Source: Candidatus Shapirobacteria bacterium (GTDB lineage: Bacteria; Patescibacteriota; Microgenomatia; UBA12405). From it: a stretch of DNA of 64,000 bases. The notes beneath the pieces were generated by a model, which was not told the DNA's origin, did not search any database, and saw only the letters and a program-made list of their open reading frames with translations. Every line of letters begins with the position of its first letter. Position 1 is the first letter of the stretch. Below, piece by piece: positions 38,892 to 47,717 of this stretch. Location of the stretch: contig JAUYJS010000005.1 of NCBI GenBank assembly GCA_030698565.1, positions 90,497 to 154,496 of the forward strand, read 5' to 3'. The translations under genes and the position numbers were made by a program.

Positions 38892-40436
38892 GTGTTAACA
38901 AAGATTTTCAGCGTGGCAAGTATTGGACTAAAAGCGATTGATATCGATGTGGAAGTAAATGTGGCAGAAATGGGTTTTCCGGGATTTGGGATTGTTGGTT
39001 TAGCTAGTAAAGCGGTTGAAGAATCGAAAGAAAGAATTAAAACTGCGATCGTAAATTCGGATATTGAGTTTCCAAATAAAAAAATTACGATTAATTTGGC
39101 TCCAGCTGACATACCAAAAGAAGGCTCTTGCTATGATTTGCCCATGGCTATAGGAGTAATAGCGTCTACGGGTGAGGTTAGATTGCCAAGTGAAAAATCA
39201 TATTTTTATGGAGAACTTTCTTTGGATGGAGGTCTAAGACACACCAAGGGCGTATTTTTGTTAGCAATTTTAGCCAAAGAACAGGGAATTAAAAATATAT
39301 TTGTACCTCGTCTTTGCGCAAATGAAGCAAGTGTAATTGAAGGTATAAAAGTATTCCCGGTTGACAGTTTAAAAAGTCTTATTAGACATTTAAATGGCGA
39401 TAAATTAATTCAACCACTAATCACAATTGATAAAGAAGAGTTGATTTTTGAAGCCGAACCAGAATTTGATTTTAGTGAAATTTTGGGGCAAGAACAGGCA
39501 AAAAGAGCATTGGAAATTGCGGCGGCTGGAGGACATAACATTTTTATGATGGGGCCACCTGGATCAGGAAAAACAATGCTTTCCCGAGCATTACCAGGTA
39601 TTTTACCTATACTAACCGAAAAAGAAAGTTTGGAAGTTACTAAAATTTATTCTATTTCTGGAAACATTCCTCCAGGCGGTTCTCTGGTTCGTCGAAGACC
39701 GTTTAGATCACCCCATCATACAACTTCACAAATTGGATTAATTGGCGGTGGGAGTAACCCCAGACCTGGTGAAGTGTCTTTGGCTCACAGAGGCGTACTT
39801 TTTTTGGACGAATTTCCTGAGTTTAATCGGCATACTATCGAGGCTTTGAGACAGCCAATTGAAGATGGCAATATAAATATTTCCCGGGCTAGTGGATCGG
39901 TAAATTATCCAGCCCAATTTATGTTGGTAGCTTCGGCAAATCCTTGCCAGTGTGGGTTTTTGGGCGATACCAAAAAGGAATGCAAATGTAATGTTCACCA
40001 GATTCTAAATTATCAAAGAAAACTATCTGGACCAATTATGGACAGAATTGATTTGCATTTGAATGTACCAGCTGTAGATATAAATAAATTAATGATATTG
40101 CCGGATAAGAATGAAAATAGATCGGCTAAATCAAGTGATATTCGAAAAAAAGTGATGGATGCTCGTGAAATTCAAACACAAAGATTTAAAAATACTAATA
40201 ATCTTTACAGCAATTCTGATATGAAAAATATTCACTTAAAAGAATTTGCCAATATGACCAACGAAGCCAATTTATTATTAAAACAGGCAGTTAATAAATT
40301 TTCTCTGTCAGCCCGAGCTTATTTTAGATTGATAAAAGTGTCGCGAACTATTGCTGATTTGTCGGCTAGTGAAGCTATTTTAGATAAGCATGTGGCCGAA
40401 GCACTTCAATATAGAATCAGATCAGAAAGCGTATGA
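38892..40436 (+). CDS. comM: YifB/ComM family Mg-chelatase-like AAA+ ATPase
   Basis: N-terminal Lon-like domain (FSVASIGLKAIDIDVEVN) and an AAA+ core with Walker A and B, GGHNIFMMGPPGSGKTMLS ... LFLDEFPEF. 514 aa. Confidence 0.85.
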   Translation: MLTKIFSVASIGLKAIDIDVEVNVAEMGFPGFGIVGLASKAVEESKERIKTAIVNSDIEFPNKKITINLAPADIPKEGSCYDLPMAIGVIASTGEVRLPSEKSYFYGELSLDGGLRHTKGVFLLAILAKEQGIKNIFVPRLCANEASVIEGIKVFPVDSLKSLIRHLNGDKLIQPLITIDKEELIFEAEPEFDFSEILGQEQAKRALEIAAAGGHNIFMMGPPGSGKTMLSRALPGILPILTEKESLEVTKIYSISGNIPPGGSLVRRRPFRSPHHTTSQIGLIGGGSNPRPGEVSLAHRGVLFLDEFPEFNRHTIEALRQPIEDGNINISRASGSVNYPAQFMLVASANPCQCGFLGDTKKECKCNVHQILNYQRKLSGPIMDRIDLHLNVPAVDINKLMILPDKNENRSAKSSDIRKKVMDAREIQTQRFKNTNNLYSNSDMKNIHLKEFANMTNEANLLLKQAVNKFSLSARAYFRLIKVSRTIADLSASEAILDKHVAEALQYRIRSESV

Positions 40437-40807
40437 AACAACTTAATTATTTAAAAGGTAAAAATGGTGAGTTAATTGCCAAAAACTATCTTTTGGAAAA
40501 AGATTATAAATTTGTAGAGCAGAATTACAAAAATTATTTGGGCGAAATTGATTTGATTATGAGTTTTAGAGATATTTTAGTTTTTGTAGAAGTTAAATTA
40601 AAAGTCGGCAATAGATTTGGTTTACCAGAGGAAATGATTAACAGAAACAAAATTAGTAGAGTCAAAAGAGTGGCTGAAAGTTATTTGGTGTTGAATCCAA
40701 TAATATCTCAAAATTATAAAAAATACAGATTGGATGCGATTTGTGTGGTGGTCAATGAATTGAATTGTATCAAAAGAATTAATCACTACAAAAATATTGA
40801 ATTTTAA
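40433..40807 (+). CDS. yraN: YraN-family (UPF0102) endonuclease
   Basis: GELIAKNYLLEKDYKFVEQNYK...GEIDLIM...LVFVEVK is the YraN signature. It overlaps comM by 4 nt. Confidence 0.75.
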   Translation: MKQLNYLKGKNGELIAKNYLLEKDYKFVEQNYKNYLGEIDLIMSFRDILVFVEVKLKVGNRFGLPEEMINRNKISRVKRVAESYLVLNPIISQNYKKYRLDAICVVVNELNCIKRINHYKNIEF

Positions 40808-41693
40808 TATGAGATATTGGAAAAAATGGCCTATTAACCAGATCAATGTAGATGATGAAAGATTTCCGAAATATTTAAAATCGATTAAAACATGTCCTAA
40901 AAAATTATTTTTTAGAGGTAATTGGAACTCAAATATTTTTGAAAAAACTATTGGCGTGGTTGGCAGTAGACGAATTACCAGATATGGCCGTGATGTAATT
41001 GCAAAATTTGTACCAACTTTTGTCGGTAATAAAATTACAATAATTTCTGGATTCATGTATGGAGTCGACAGTGAAGCTCATAAAACATGTGTTGAAAACG
41101 GTGGAAAAACGATAGCTGTTTTAGGCGGTGGACTTAATTATATTTATCCTCCGGAAAATGATAATTTATATTCTTTGATTTTAGAAAACGGCGGATTAGT
41201 ATTGTCTGAATACGAAGCTGATTTTAAACCAACTTTATGGAGTTTTCCTCAAAGAAATAGAATTGTATCGGCCTTATCGACCATAGGAATTCTGGTTATT
41301 GAAGCTGGTTTAAATTCAGGCAGTTTAATTACGGCAAAAATTGCCAAAAAGCAGGGTAAAAAAATATTTTCAATTCCGGGTCAAATTAATTCTTCAACGT
41401 CTACTGGAACTAATTGGTTAATTAAAAATTATAATGGGATTCTGGTGAGCAGTCCTGATGATATTTTGGAGAGTAGTTTTAAAATTAACGCTACTCAAAT
41501 TGATTTGTTTGAGCCGGATTTAAGTGAGATTGAAAGAAAAATAATCGGTTTATTGAAGAGTGAAGAATTAAGCGTCGACGAATTGTCGATTAAATTAAAT
41601 TTAGCAATTGCTGATATTTCAATTAATTTATCAATGTTATTAATGAAGAATTTGATTGAGGAAGAAGCGGGGAAAGTTTATTTAAAAAATTAA
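40797..41693 (+). CDS. dprA: DNA processing protein DprA (Smf)
   Basis: The Rossmann core GVVGSRRITRYG...ISGFMYGVDSEAHKTCVENGGKTIAVLGGGLNYIYPPEN is present. It overlaps yraN by 11 nt. Confidence 0.85.
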   Translation: MNFNMRYWKKWPINQINVDDERFPKYLKSIKTCPKKLFFRGNWNSNIFEKTIGVVGSRRITRYGRDVIAKFVPTFVGNKITIISGFMYGVDSEAHKTCVENGGKTIAVLGGGLNYIYPPENDNLYSLILENGGLVLSEYEADFKPTLWSFPQRNRIVSALSTIGILVIEAGLNSGSLITAKIAKKQGKKIFSIPGQINSSTSTGTNWLIKNYNGILVSSPDDILESSFKINATQIDLFEPDLSEIERKIIGLLKSEELSVDELSIKLNLAIADISINLSMLLMKNLIEEEAGKVYLKN

Positions 41694-42830
41694 TTAAAGA
41701 TACGGTGCCCAATTAGCGATCGGGGCGACATTGCCAACAACAAAGTTGATGGCATATAGAATAATGGCTGGCAAAAGTAATAGAAAGACGACCTTGAAAT
41801 ATGTTTTGGTTAATGGGTTTTTGTAAGCTAAAAATAAGAAAGGGTAAACCGGAGCAATGTAGCGACTAATATCGCGATGAGCTACTAATAAAGTAGCAAA
41901 AGTAAAGACGACCGGATAAACGGCGATTATATCGAATTTATACTTTTTGATTAATCGATAGACACCATAAAGCGCCAAAAGATAAATATAAACTACATCC
42001 TCTAACCAAATAGTATTTATCCAAGATTTGGTGCTGATAAAAACTAAATATGGCAATTTGTTTAAATGAAAATTATCGCCACTATGAAAATAAGCCCAGA
42101 AGTCACCTGTTTCTAATTTGTAAAAGTAAAATATGCCAAGAACAGTCAATGGCATTAGAACGAACGCCCAATATTTTTTCAAGACCTGTGCAAGGTTTTT
42201 GGTTTTAATAAGTTCATAAATAGCTAAAATGCCATACGATATTAAAAGAAGGATTCCAGGACTTTTGAATAATTGACTCATGGCAGCAAAAACCGCCGCG
42301 AGAAAATATTTTTTATTTTTAAAATAGATGATCGAGGCTAAGGTACTAAATATAAACCAGCTTTCGGGAGCGCCGATTTGACGTAGGACAAATAATCTGG
42401 CGGGGAAGAAAATCAAAAGTGCGGCAAGCCAGAAAGCTTTTGATTCTTTCATAAACATTTTGAAAAATTCAAAACTGACCAATGAGAGAATGATAGAACC
42501 CAAAAGAGAAGAAAATAACATGGCTTTGGGGCCGGTGGTAAAGAGATTAAGGGCACTGATCAACAAGGGGAACCCGGGTAAATGGGCTGGGTAATATTCA
42601 AGAGGTTGGGGTAAAGAAAAATTTGGCCCGATACAGTTCTTGTCATAGCCGCACTTGGAAATGACCATGTAGTTGGGACCATCGTAATTAGCAAAGACAG
42701 TTTCCAAAGTAACATTGGGAAAACCAATTTTGGAAGGAATGTTTTTGTAGAAGATAAACCAGAATAAAAGTGTCGAAGTAAGAGTAATTAAGGCTAAGAC
42801 ATAATATTTTGAAAATTTGGTAAAATGCAT
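41694..42830 (-). CDS. Polytopic membrane protein, possibly a GT-C-like glycosyltransferase
   Basis: 378 aa with about 10 TM helices. No diagnostic motif is seen. Confidence 0.4.
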   Translation of the reverse strand: MHFTKFSKYYVLALITLTSTLLFWFIFYKNIPSKIGFPNVTLETVFANYDGPNYMVISKCGYDKNCIGPNFSLPQPLEYYPAHLPGFPLLISALNLFTTGPKAMLFSSLLGSIILSLVSFEFFKMFMKESKAFWLAALLIFFPARLFVLRQIGAPESWFIFSTLASIIYFKNKKYFLAAVFAAMSQLFKSPGILLLISYGILAIYELIKTKNLAQVLKKYWAFVLMPLTVLGIFYFYKLETGDFWAYFHSGDNFHLNKLPYLVFISTKSWINTIWLEDVVYIYLLALYGVYRLIKKYKFDIIAVYPVVFTFATLLVAHRDISRYIAPVYPFLFLAYKNPLTKTYFKVVFLLLLPAIILYAINFVVGNVAPIANWAPYL

Positions 42831-42851
42831 CTATCTGATTGTACAATATCT

Positions 42852-42923
42852 GGCCCCATCGTCTAGTGGTTCGGACACCAGGTTCTCATCCTGGTAACCG
42901 GAGTTCAATTCTCCGTGGGGTCA
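42852..42923 (+). tRNA. tRNA-Glu (anticodon CUC)
   Basis: Cloverleaf read manually: acceptor GGCCCCA/TGGGGTC, D-arm GTC-TAGTGGTTCG-GAC, anticodon stem CCAGG/CCTGG with loop TTCTCAT (CTC), T-arm CGGAG-TTCAATT-CTCCG, discriminator A. No CCA is encoded. Confidence 0.8.
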
Positions 42924-42986
42924 CACTTTTTTTTATAGGTCAAAAACGTGAAGATACCCTATATTTTGCTTATTTTCACGGTTATG

Positions 42987-43015
42987 TTGACAAAATCGTG
43001 AATAATCTCTATAAT
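42987..43015 (+). promoter_or_regulatory. Consensus sigma70 promoter TTGACA-17nt-TATAAT, 8 nt upstream of the Fic ATG (leaderless transcript likely)
   Basis: TTGACA at 42987-42992 and TATAAT at 43010-43015 with an exact 17-nt spacer. CGTGAA half-sites lie at about 42957 (inverted as TTCACG at about 42975) and 42997, overlapping the promoter. Confidence 0.5.
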
Positions 43016-43023
43016 TTGAGCAT

Positions 43024-43902
43024 ATGACTAAAATATCTAATGTTTTTAATAAAATAAATTCGCTTCGTCAAAGATATTATCAAGCTTTTAATGGTAAAGA
43101 TGCCCTTATTCAGCTTATTAGCGAGTCGGAAGTGGCTGAACAAGTTTATAATTCTAATGCTATTGAAAATAGTACTCTGACTCTTGAAGAAACTGAAAAA
43201 ATTCTTTTACAGATTGATTTGGACAGGTATATTACTGAACGGGAAATTTTTGAAGCTAAGAATTTGGCTCGAGTGGTTATTTATATAGATAAGAAAGCTA
43301 AAGAACAAGAACTTAATTTGGAGATGATTTTATCGCTTCATAAAATGCTGATTTCTAATATTCGAGATGATATTGCTGGAAGATTTAGAAAAGAAAATGA
43401 ATTTGTTCGAGTCGGTAGTTATATTGCTCCAAACCCAAAAGAAGTGATTGAGAGGCTTGAAAAAATGTTATCTGAATATAATGCCAGTAATAATGAAAAT
43501 ATTATTAAGCGTATTGCTCGTTTACATTTAACATTTGAATGTACTCATCCTTTTATTGATGGTAATGGTCGAATTGGTAGAGTTATTAATAACTATTTAT
43601 TAATAAGGGAGGGATTTGTACCTATAAATATAAAGTTTATTAATCGACAAAAATATTATGATGCTTTTAAGGAGTTTGAAGAAAAACAGACAACAACAAT
43701 TATGGAAGATATAGTAGGAAAAGCATTAACTAATAGTTATTATAAAAGATTAGCTTATTTAGAAGGTAAAAAAATCATCACTTTAATCGATTATGCTAAT
43801 AATAATAAACTTTCACACTCAAACCTTTTAAATAAGGCTGGTAGACAAACTATTGAAGCTTTTTTAGAAAAAAATGTTTGGAAAATTGGGGTTGATCAGT
43901 AA
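43024..43902 (+). CDS. Fic/Doc family protein (putative AMPylator) with an N-terminal autoinhibitory motif
   Basis: The canonical Fic motif HPFIDGNGRIGR, that is HxFx(D/E)GNGRxxR, is intact. The N-terminal SNAIEN matches the (S/T)xxxE(G/N) inhibitory-helix motif. Confidence 0.85.
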   Translation: MTKISNVFNKINSLRQRYYQAFNGKDALIQLISESEVAEQVYNSNAIENSTLTLEETEKILLQIDLDRYITEREIFEAKNLARVVIYIDKKAKEQELNLEMILSLHKMLISNIRDDIAGRFRKENEFVRVGSYIAPNPKEVIERLEKMLSEYNASNNENIIKRIARLHLTFECTHPFIDGNGRIGRVINNYLLIREGFVPINIKFINRQKYYDAFKEFEEKQTTTIMEDIVGKALTNSYYKRLAYLEGKKIITLIDYANNNKLSHSNLLNKAGRQTIEAFLEKNVWKIGVDQ

Positions 43903-43981
43903 AAACTTGTCCATTTTTCTGTATAAATTATATATACAATATTTTCGTTAATAAAATAAATAATTTCAAAATTAAATATTA

Positions 43982-44008
43982 GAGTTCGATTCTCCGTGGG
44001 GTCACACA
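43982..44008 (+). repeat. attR-like direct repeat of the tRNA-Glu 3' end
   Basis: GAGTTCGATTCTCCGTGGGGTCACAC (43983-44008) against GAGTTCAATTCTCCGTGGGGTCACAC in the tRNA (42901-42926), 25/26 identical. Confidence 0.65.
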
Positions 44009-44133
44009 TTGGGACTAAGGTACTACTAAATGGTGGTTTTATTCCTAAATATGGGGCTAATTTTGGAGTTCCAGAAGTTAAATCTGAGTATGTAGGTGGA
44101 CTATCAAAGATAAGACCAAAGAAGGCAGCTCTT

Positions 44134-45300
44134 TTAAGTAGCTGTTTTAAATTCGTTTAAGATGGTTTCCCTAACCATTTTTGAATTTTCATTATCAGCA
44201 CCTAAATGTGCTTGGTTATGCATAGAAAAAACCTTGTTCAAAATTCCACTTTTACGGTTTTTATTGGTGGTCCTTCTTAAATCACCGGGGAGTATTTGTC
44301 TTCCTCTCTTAACGAAATATCTAACCATTTTTAGAACTTCTTGGTCTTTATAATTTATTAAAATTGTTTTAATAACTCTTTCGATTTCGGCCGGTTCTCC
44401 TGTTCCTTTTGATCTTTGAATTTCCATGAAAGCCGTACTAATTAAAAGTTCAACAATGTCGATTGCCTTTTGTTCTCTTTCAATAATTTTCTTTACCCTA
44501 CCTTTGGCAATATCTATCTCTCCAACCTTTAATGTTATGTTTTCGGCTTCCATTTCTAATTTAAAAGCTTTTTCTTTCTTTACAATTTCAACCATTTGTT
44601 GATGCAAGGAATCTGTTCTTCTTTCTGACGGAGTAAGAATTATATCGGGAATATTTAGAACTGGATTTGAAACTTTCACTGCTTCTATTTCGGGGTGTTC
44701 TGAATCAGGTGTTGTCTTTATTGTTTCAGCATTTTGAAACATAACATCGCCTACGATGTCTCCTATTGGTCCAAATTGTTGGTGAACTGAGTCTATATAT
44801 TTTGTTTCCTCTGCAAGCGCCTGAAATCTATCTATCGCTTGTAATTTGGATGATCCAATTTTGTTTGCTGCAAAAATATCGGCAATAGCAATTCCTTTTG
44901 TGAGTATTTCAGGTTTTTTAATTACTATACCGTCTTTATATGGACCGTAATATTCGGATAGCCCGAGCCTTTCCACATTTACAGCAATTTCTTCTGGTGT
45001 GCCGCGTCGTCTCATAGGTTCTGCATGAAACACAAACCCTAATAATTTACCAAAATGATTTTTAGCCATACTTATAAAATCCTGTACATAATGATCGTCC
45101 CATTGTCTTAGGATCCTATCACCCCAAACATCTATTTTATCTATAAAACTAGAATGCATGTCGTAGACCAACTCGCCGTTTATGGTTTTCAGCTTTCCAC
45201 CGTAAACTCCAACTGTGCTCTCATAATCACTCGACGGAAGTGAATTTTTCATTAATTTATTTGATGCTTCTGAAATTCCTCTAGCTATTCTTTCTGCCAT
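44134..45300 (-). CDS. Hypothetical protein (388 aa), slightly GC-richer than its surroundings
   Basis: Long uninterrupted ORF with no recognisable motifs. It is adjacent to the Fic islet. Confidence 0.4.
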   Translation of the reverse strand: MAERIARGISEASNKLMKNSLPSSDYESTVGVYGGKLKTINGELVYDMHSSFIDKIDVWGDRILRQWDDHYVQDFISMAKNHFGKLLGFVFHAEPMRRRGTPEEIAVNVERLGLSEYYGPYKDGIVIKKPEILTKGIAIADIFAANKIGSSKLQAIDRFQALAEETKYIDSVHQQFGPIGDIVGDVMFQNAETIKTTPDSEHPEIEAVKVSNPVLNIPDIILTPSERRTDSLHQQMVEIVKKEKAFKLEMEAENITLKVGEIDIAKGRVKKIIEREQKAIDIVELLISTAFMEIQRSKGTGEPAEIERVIKTILINYKDQEVLKMVRYFVKRGRQILPGDLRRTTNKNRKSGILNKVFSMHNQAHLGADNENSKMVRETILNEFKTAT

Positions 45301-45381
45301 ATGATAGGTATTATACGATATAAAAATTAATTATCAAAATTAAATTTATTTATCTCTTCTTACTCGTTAGATATTTAATAT

Positions 45382-45843
45382 CTATTTTATGTTTATCAAC
45401 TCAACTTCGAATATTAGAGTGGCTTTGGGTGGAATTGCACCTGGGATACCGTTGTCTCCGTAGGCTAAATCAGAAGGGATGGTTAGTTTTCTTTTGCCAC
45501 CAATCTTCATACCAGGAACACCCTGATCCCAACCCTTAATTACTCGCCCAACTCCGATTTCAGTTTCAAAAGGTTGATTTCGGTCGTAAGAACTGTCAAA
45601 TTTTTGGCCATTTTCCAGAGTACCGCTGTAATGCATAACTACTGTATCACCTGATTCAACTTCTTGTCCCTCTCCGATTTTAATGTCTTCTATTTTTAAT
45701 TGATCCATATTTGTTTTAGTGGTTGGTGTAATTTGTAATTGTAAATTGTCTTTTTGAATTGTTTGGGGCTTGTTTGATAGTAATTTAAATAAGCTAGATA
45801 AAACTATTATAACGATAATTAATGCAATAATCTTTTTGGTCAT
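45382..45843 (-). CDS. FKBP-type peptidyl-prolyl cis-trans isomerase (secreted or membrane-anchored)
   Basis: N-terminal TM or signal, then [21 protein letters not shown]...[23 protein letters not shown]...LIFEVELI, the FKBP signature. Confidence 0.85.
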   Translation of the reverse strand: MTKKIIALIIVIIVLSSLFKLLSNKPQTIQKDNLQLQITPTTKTNMDQLKIEDIKIGEGQEVESGDTVVMHYSGTLENGQKFDSSYDRNQPFETEIGVGRVIKGWDQGVPGMKIGGKRKLTIPSDLAYGDNGIPGAIPPKATLIFEVELINIK

Positions 45844-45904
45844 ATATTAAGTTTTATTTAAATAACAATTTAATATATTATCATTTTATTTTTTTCTTAC
45901 CAAC

Positions 45905-46402
45905 TTAATTTGATTTGGTTTTTTTTAGCCAAGAAATGTACTCGAACGAGATATTGTTTTTTTGATTCAAATATGGACCGTCTTTGTTTACAATTTTCCA
46001 GTTTTTGTTGTTAATATCGGGAAAAAAGGTGTCACCCTCAAAAGTAGCGTCGATTTTTGTAATATAAATTTTATCAGCGAAATTTATTGCTTGACTATAT
46101 ATTTCGCCGCCACCGGCTACAAATATTTCTTCACTATTAGTATCTATTAAATTCATTATCTCGTTCCATGAATGACAAACTGCCGCGTTTGTTGCTTTAT
46201 AATTTTTATTTCTAGTTAGAACTATTATTTTTCTATCTGGTAAATCATTTTTTAGGGTTTCAAAAGTCTTCCTCCCCATAACTACAAAATGACCGGTTGT
46301 TTGTTTTTTGAAATGTATTCTGTCTTCAACGATATTCCAAGGAATTTTATTATTGAACCCAATGACATTGTTTTTTGAAACGGCGGCAATCAATGAAATC
46401 AT
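45905..46402 (-). CDS. folA: Dihydrofolate reductase
   Basis: MISLIAAVSKNNVIGFNNKIPW...VVMGRKTFETL are DHFR motifs. It overlaps folC by 4 nt. Confidence 0.85.
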   Translation of the reverse strand: MISLIAAVSKNNVIGFNNKIPWNIVEDRIHFKKQTTGHFVVMGRKTFETLKNDLPDRKIIVLTRNKNYKATNAAVCHSWNEIMNLIDTNSEEIFVAGGGEIYSQAINFADKIYITKIDATFEGDTFFPDINNKNWKIVNKDGPYLNQKNNISFEYISWLKKTKSN

Positions 46403-47715
46403 TTCTGCTTTAAAATATTTAGAAATTCAGAAATCATGTATAAAGAGCCAGTGACCAAAATACCACAATCTTGACTTTTTTTACACAATTGCTGGGCTCT
46501 TTGATAAGCTTTTTTTAGATCTAATTCAATTATAAAATCTGATTCATTTATGATATTTTTATCTTCTGGATTATAGGTTTTATCCCAACCAAGATCACTA
46601 CTTTTTTTGGATCCAGTGATTATGATTTTTTGACTAATTGATTTTAGAATGCTTAAACTTTGATTAATATCCTCTCTTTTTTTATATCTAAAAATTATAA
46701 TAAATTTTTTGTCTGGATAATAATTTTTAATAGAATCAACAAGAGCTTCGAATTTATCTGGATTGTGAGCCCCATCAATAATACCCGGTGGCTTATCAGA
46801 AAATAATTGAAAACGGCCGGGAATTTTTGTTTTATTAATCCCTGACCTAATTACTTCATTTGAAATTTTTGGAAATTCTAATTTCATATTTAACGCCATA
46901 GCAATAGCTAAGGAAGAGTTGTTTATTTGAAATAAACCAGATAATTGAGTAGTAATACCTGTGAGTCGATTTGCGTCTAAGTCAAAATCAAACTTAGTAG
47001 GTAATATTTGTATATGTTTAATATAAAAATCACGATTTAATAAAAATAATTTGGATTTATTTGCTTCTATTTTTTTGTTCAATATATTGACAAGATCCGG
47101 TTCTTGTATCCCTGAAACTACAATAGAATTCGGTTTAATTATTTCCTGTTTATCTTGCAAAATTAATTCTTTGGTTCCGCCCAATATTCTAGTATGATCA
47201 AGACCAATGTTAGTAATAATTTGATAGTTGGATTTAATGATATTTGTTCCATCTAACTTACCCCCTAATCCAACTTCTAAAACTACGACATCACATTTTT
47301 CTTCAAAAAAATAGACAAAGGCTAATGCTAGTAAAATTTCATAATAAGAAGGTGGAACACCGTACTTTTCTTCAACTTTTTGAAAATTAGGTTGAATTTG
47401 TTTGTATATTTCTTTAAATCTTTTTGGTGAAATGTTGATACCGTTTATCTGAGCTCTTTCCCGAATAGTTATCACGTCTGGAGACAAATGAAGACCTGTT
47501 TTATAACCGGATTCTTTGAGAATTGAAGCTAAAAATGTTGATGTTGATCCTTTGCCGCTAGTTCCACCAACATGAACAAACTTTAAATTATTTTGTGGAT
47601 TACCTAAAATATCCATTAAGTATTTAAACCTGGATAAACCAATATTTTTATTCCATTTTCTATCGCCATGAGGAATAAATGTTTTTAGATACTTAACTAT
47701 TGAGCTATATTTCAT
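46399..47715 (-). CDS. folC: Folylpolyglutamate synthase / dihydrofolate synthase (Mur ligase family)
   Basis: HVGGTSGKGSTSTFLASIL is the Mur-ligase P-loop. 438 aa. Confidence 0.85.
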   Translation of the reverse strand: MKYSSIVKYLKTFIPHGDRKWNKNIGLSRFKYLMDILGNPQNNLKFVHVGGTSGKGSTSTFLASILKESGYKTGLHLSPDVITIRERAQINGINISPKRFKEIYKQIQPNFQKVEEKYGVPPSYYEILLALAFVYFFEEKCDVVVLEVGLGGKLDGTNIIKSNYQIITNIGLDHTRILGGTKELILQDKQEIIKPNSIVVSGIQEPDLVNILNKKIEANKSKLFLLNRDFYIKHIQILPTKFDFDLDANRLTGITTQLSGLFQINNSSLAIAMALNMKLEFPKISNEVIRSGINKTKIPGRFQLFSDKPPGIIDGAHNPDKFEALVDSIKNYYPDKKFIIIFRYKKREDINQSLSILKSISQKIIITGSKKSSDLGWDKTYNPEDKNIINESDFIIELDLKKAYQRAQQLCKKSQDCGILVTGSLYMISEFLNILKQK

Positions 47716-47717
47716 TT

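Larger units (their letters stand above)
42924..44008 (+). mobile_element. Integrase-less mini-islet inserted at the 3' end of tRNA-Glu, carrying a single Fic gene and bounded by a 26-nt direct repeat of the tRNA 3' end
   Basis: The intact tRNA sits at the left junction. At 43983-44008 there is a 25/26-nt copy of the tRNA T-arm plus acceptor 3' end. The cargo is a Fic gene with its own consensus promoter. Confidence 0.5.
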
